A DNA stretch of 64,000 bases from Lama guanicoe (taxonomy: Eukaryota), in the NCBI GenBank assembly GCA_013239625.1, contig MU054338.1, positions 2,358,977 to 2,422,976 on the forward strand, given 5' to 3'. Every line of letters starts with the position of its first letter. Within the stretch, counting starts at the first letter, position 1. The translations under genes were made by a program, and so were the position numbers. Below are positions 59,619 through 64,000 of this stretch, piece by piece. The notes beneath the pieces were generated by a model. It made no database searches. It worked only from the letters and a program-made list of their open reading frames with translations, and was not told where the DNA came from.

Positions 59619-59903
59619 GTGAGGGGCCAGGAGGCCGGCCCTGGGCAGGGAGGTTTGAATGGAGGGCAGGGGAGGCAGGGTGTGCCATGGAGGGCCAAGC
59701 AGGAGTTGGCAGGCCTGGCCCTGAGAGGCTCAGAGAGGGACAGAAACTTGCCCAAGGCCACACAGCAAGTCAGGGCTGGAGGACCCCAGCTGAGCCTGAC
59801 TCTGGTCTGGGCACTTTTGCTTAGAGGGGCCTGTTGTTCCCCTCTGTGAAATGGGTCCAGCCTGGAAAGCGTGACCATGTCTGAGACACACTTTCCCCTG
59901 CAG

Positions 59904-60012
59904 ACATCTCAGACCTTGGCTCAGAACTGTCCCAGGCGCCACCATCCCACATCCCACCGCCACCCCAGCATGGACAGTGGAGTCCGGATGCCAGCCGAAC
60001 CAACTCCCCTGT
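59904..60012 (+). CDS. TJP3: TJP3 exon 8 (proline-rich region, DISDLGSELSQAPPSHIPPPP...)
   Basis: 109 nt; CAG acceptor; GT|GTATGT donor; frame continuous. Confidence 0.92.
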
Positions 60013-61176
60013 GTATGTAACCCCGTCAGCCAGGGTGGCCAAGTGGGAGGGGAACATAGGCATATCTTTTCCAACATGGGGTAGCCTCGAGGGTGCAGTC
60101 ATGGTGGCCTGCCTGGAAGAGGCCTCTCCCATCCACACACAGTCCTTCTTGCCTCTTTATTGTGGCTCTGGGTTCTTGGTCCTGGGAGAACCCAGGTCAG
60201 CTATAGGTCGAATATAGGTCAGCTCAAAGCAGAAAGGACTGAACTTTACGACACGTCCTAGAAGACTTCAAAAGGCACAAGCCCTCTCACCCAGCAGGGC
60301 TTCCTTTAGAGTTCTCTTGGGGGCAGAATAGCCTTGGCTGTGTGCAGGGGCTGGAGGGTGCTTGTTCATTAGGAAGATGTTTATAAAAGAAAAAAGTGGC
60401 AGTGACTTTGTATCAGTCTCTTGGAGCTGCAGTAACAAAGTACACCTGGTGGTCCATCGAGGGGAGGGAACTACACAGGCCGTGATCACCAGGAGGTGGC
60501 ATAACTGGGCTCCGTCTTAGAGGCCAGAGGAGGGCCCAGAGCAAGCCCTTACTCCATTGTTGCCTCTTCAGGGCACTAATTAGCACTGACACAAGGAGAC
60601 GGTGTGTGTGTATGTGCGGTGAAGGCTCCCAGTGTGAGCTGTTCTGCTCTTTACAACGATTGTCACAGTAGAGGCCTCGCTTGGGAATACTAGACAGCCA
60701 GGAAAAGGGGCCTCAGAGAGTGTATTTAAGAAGCCTGGGGAAAATGTGTTTGGCATTGTGTACGGTGAACAAACCAGATTGTAGAATGACTCAGGGAAGC
60801 AGCTCAAAGGGTTTGCGGGACTCTTAGATGATCTTCACGGGAATTCCATGAGCACACAGAACGGCCTGTGGGCAGACAGCTCCGACCTGTTTCTCTGAGG
60901 CAGACCCTGTCCTCTTCCAACCTGCCCTGAGAGGCATGGTCTTGGGAGAATCGATGTTTCCAGATGTCTTCCCCACCCCCATTCACTCTGCGCTGGGGGT
61001 TCATGGGCCAGATGCTGGGAATGCTAACATAGGGCCTGATCTTGGTTTTCTTTCAAAAGTATGTATTTCCCCATGTGTTTATTGGAAAGCATCTGAAGGG
61101 TCTGGAAAGTAACTCGTCGGTGCTAAGAGTGGATTGATTTTGCAGGGAACTTTTCTTTCCTTCCTGTGGTTGAAGT

Positions 61177-61521
61177 CTGTCTTAGGCAGCTTGGGCTGCT
61201 AACAGAGCATCACAGAGCAGAACACCATAGACCAGCAGGAGGGGACTCCATGGTCGGGGGCTGGCGTGGCCAGTCCCCAGTGAAGGCCTCTTCTCGGCCC
61301 GCAGACAGCCACCTTCTGGCTGTGCGTTCACATGGAGGAGACAGTGATCTCTGGTGTCTCATATGGAGACACTAATCACCTCACGGGGGGCCCATCCTCA
61401 CGACCACATTTAAACCTGGTCCCTCCCAAAGGCCCCACCTCCAAATTCCATCCCATTGTTGGGCGGAGGGGTTAGGGCTTCAGTGTATGAATCTGAGGGA
61501 CACAGACATTCAGTCCAGAGC
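61177..61521 (-). mobile_element. MLT1A-type MaLR LTR
   Basis: GCAGACAGCCACCTTCT, CCTCCCAAAGGCCCCACCTCCAAAT, ACACAGACATTCAGTCC motifs. Confidence 0.7.
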
Positions 61522-61619
61522 ACCTTCCGTAACTTTTCACTAATATTGAAACACAAACCTCACTCAGCCATCCCAGGGCTTGGAGGAGGAAACTGAGGCT
61601 CAGAGGCGGCAGCAGGAGT

Positions 61620-61775
61620 GGGGAGGGTGTAGCTCAGTGGTGGAGTGCATGCCCAGCATGCATGAGGTCCTGGGTTCAATCCCCAGCACCTCCATTTAAA
61701 AATAAACGAATACGAAAACCTAGTCGTATCCTCGGACGCCAGCCAAAAACAATAAAAAACAAAAACCAATAAAAT
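61620..61775 (+). mobile_element. tRNA-Ala-derived SINE (camelid Vic-1 type) inserted into a MIR
   Basis: GGGGAGGGTGTAGCTCAGTGG (A box) ... GGGTTCAATCCCC (B box) with an A-rich tail; MIR core GAAACTGAGGCTCAGAG on the left and GGTCACCCAGC...GGATTTGAA on the right. Confidence 0.8.
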
Positions 61776-61920
61776 CAGAGAGGGGGAGCAGAGGGCCTGA
61801 GGTCACCCAGCTGCAGAGGGGCAGGACCAGGATTTGAATCTGAGTGCGGATAAATTAAAATTCTTTAAATTGCTGCTCGACATCCCCTCCCCACCTTACC
61901 CCACATCTGTTTCCCACCAG

Positions 61921-61979
61921 GGAGAGCCCCCAGCTTCGGCGGGGAAGTTCAGTGGATTGCAGGACCGTGTCAGGACCAG
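61921..61979 (+). CDS. TJP3: TJP3 exon 9 (ESPQLRRGSSVDCRTVSGP)
   Basis: 59 nt; phase 2 to phase 1, fitting its neighbours; similar to ESPRLRRESSVDSRTISEP. Confidence 0.88.
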
Positions 61980-62214
61980 GTGGGCAGAGGCTGTTGACTC
62001 TGAGCACCCCTCGTCTGATTTTTCTGATCCCAGCCAGTAAGGCTGTGCCAGGCAGAGTGGGAGGGGCTAGCTGGGGCCTAAGTAGTCAGGGACAGTTCCC
62101 TGGGAAGGGAGGGGGCTGGGCGGCGGCATTCCACAGGGCAGGGACACCCTACAGCAAAGGTTTGGCATCTGGACTGGCCAGAGTGCTTGGGAAAGACTGG
62201 CTGTTCCCTTTCAG

Positions 62215-62284
62215 ACTCCCCGAGGCGACGAGGGAGCTCTGACAGCTATGGGGCACCCAGCAGGCAAAGCGTGGAGGACCATGG
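62215..62284 (+). CDS. TJP3: TJP3 exon 10 (DSPRRRGSSDSYGAPSRQSVEDHG)
   Basis: 70 nt; TTTCAG acceptor; GG|GTATGT donor; frame continuous. Confidence 0.88.
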
Positions 62285-62474
62285 GTATGTGCTCCAGACA
62301 GAAGCCCACCAGCTGAGACTCCCACACCCCAGGCTGCCTTCCCCACCATCATCACCCTGCTTGCTCGCATCGGCATGTCCAGCGGGACGGCCACGTGGGG
62401 CTGTTGGACACTGAACCCCAGAGGGGGTGGGGCTTTCCCATCCCTCCTGACATCGCTTCCGCCTCCCCTCGCAG

Positions 62475-62631
62475 GTACAGCCCTGACTCGCGGGTGATCC
62501 GCTTCCTCAAGGGCAGGAACATAGGGCTGCGGCTGGCGGGAGGCAATGATGTGGGCATCTTCGTGTCCGGGGTGCAGGCAGGCAGCCCAGCCGACGGGCA
62601 GGGCATTGAGGAGGGAGACGAGATTCTGCAG
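62475..62631 (+). CDS. TJP3: TJP3 exon 11 (PDZ3: YSPDSRVIRFLKGRNIGLRLAGGNDVGIFV...)
   Basis: GLRLAGGNDVGIFV hallmark of ZO PDZ3; 157 nt. Confidence 0.97.
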
Positions 62632-63413
62632 GTGAGTGGGGTGGCGGGCAGCGGGCCTGCTGGGTGGTACTCGAGTCTGTCACTGCTTGTGTGTCCTCCC
62701 CCAGCCCCCCGGGGACTGACAAGACCCCCACAGACATTCTAACATTTTAATGCTTCCCTGCCTCGTTGACTGGGTCATGACTTTGTCCATGTCACTTCCT
62801 TGTTGTCAGTGTCATGACCTCGGTGTCCAGCTCACGATCTTTTCCAGGCCACTGCCTTGTTATCAATATCACAGTTTCCCTGTCTGTCACAGCCGAGTTG
62901 CCTGTGTCCTGGCCACACTGCCTGTGCCACAGCCTTGGTCCCCATGTCCACCCACCGTCCCTTTCTCTGCTACTTGCACGTCCCGTGTCGGAGTCCTGGG
63001 CTCGTAACTGCCTCCACGATCATCAGTGTCTATGACCCACTGTTTGGGTCTGTATATTGTGTCCCTGTTGCGACCCCATGCCTGTCTTGACTCTTCTGAG
63101 CATCACAAAATTGCCACCAGTGTCCTGATCCTGTCAAAGCTGTGACCCCTGTTCTGGCGTCTCGGTGTTGACAACCCTCGGAGCCTCAGTTATGTGTGTA
63201 CTGATTGCATTTTTCATATCCTGGTTTCTGGGTCAGACCTCCATGTGTGCACACACCCTGGTTGCCAGAGGCAATGCTCCCCGTTCGAAAGCAGCTCTGG
63301 AAGGAGGTGGGGGAGGGGAGGGCTTTGTCCAGAGGAAGAGCTGGGATCTCATGCTCGCCGGGGATGTCCGGAGCCTAGTCCCAGCCCTGCACCCCTTCCC
63401 TCCTTCCTGGCAG

Positions 63414-63522
63414 GTGAATGGCACGCAGTTCCGGAACCTGACCCGGGAGGAGGCTGTGCAGTTCCTCGTGGAGCTGCCCCCGGGCGAGGAGGTGGAGCTG
63501 GTGACGCAGCGGAAGCAGGACA
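63414..63522 (+). CDS. TJP3: TJP3 exon 12 (PDZ3 C-terminal half, VNGTQFRNLTREEAVQFL...)
   Basis: 109 nt; canonical sites. Confidence 0.96.
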
Positions 63523-63623
63523 GTAAGTGTGTGTGTGCATGTGTGCACGAGGCGGGGGCGTGCGGGGCCAGGGGTGAGGGGGGATCCACCGCCAGAACCT
63601 AACGGCGCCTCCTCCGCCCACAG

Positions 63624-63861
63624 TCTTCCGGAGGATGGTGCAGTCCCGCGTGGGCGATTCCTTCTACATCCGCACGCACTTTGAGATGGAGCCCAGCCCG
63701 CCATCCGGCCTGGGCTTCACCCGTGGAGATGTCTTCCACGTGCTAGACACGCTGTACCCCGGGCCCGGGCAGAGCCAGGCCCGCGGAGGCCACTGGCTGG
63801 CGGTGCGCATGGGTCGTGACCTTCGGGAGAAAGAGCGGGGCATCATTCCCAACCAGAGCAG
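63624..63861 (+). CDS. TJP3: TJP3 exon 13 (SH3: GDSFYIRTHF...WLAVRMG...GIIPNQS); the gene continues right of the window
   Basis: MAGUK SH3 motif; 238 nt; canonical sites. Confidence 0.97.
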
Positions 63862-64000
63862 GTGGGGACCGCCCACTGGAAATGGGCGAGGTGTCACTGA
63901 GCATCCTGGGGCACTCACTCGGGGAGGTGTGCAGGAGGCTCAGGGCAGACCAGCCGGTGCTTGTATGAGTTCCCTGCAGCTGCAGTAACTAATTACCATA

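Noticed and set aside
60489..60501. CTCF-like CCAGGAGGTGGCA
   Set aside because: Weaker match with no supporting context; chance matches are common in GC-rich sequence
61620..61695. tRNA-Ala gene
   Set aside because: Lacks a proper acceptor stem and T-run terminator, has an A-rich tail and sits inside a MIR; it is a SINE head

Overview
Mammalian, GC-rich genomic DNA. It is probably camelid, inferred from a tRNA-Ala-derived Vic-1-type SINE at ~61.6 kb and a Tigger1a_Art-like element at ~29.4 kb. Two intron-containing genes sit head to head. PIP5K1C is on the minus strand (coding exons 1-8, ATG at 39716) and runs off the left edge. TJP3/ZO-3 is on the plus strand and runs off the right edge; it has a non-coding first exon at ~43.7-43.85 kb, a coding alternative first exon with a GC donor at 51421-51438, and coding exons 2-13. 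All exon boundaries were read from the sequence and keep frame. The rest is CpG-island promoters and old interspersed repeats (L2, L1M, MLT1, MER20, MER58, MER82, MIR). The most unusual signal is that four unrelated ancient repeat classes (L2, L1M 3' end, MLT1D, MER20) each show short, GC/CpG-rich cores that are far more alike between copies 7-43 kb apart than their diverged flanks. The L2 core also carries a derived CTCF consensus motif in four copies. This looks like ongoing ectopic, GC-biased homogenisation of dead transposons, possibly spreading regulatory motifs; that is inference and untested. Repeat family names and human isoform comparisons are from memory, not database searches.
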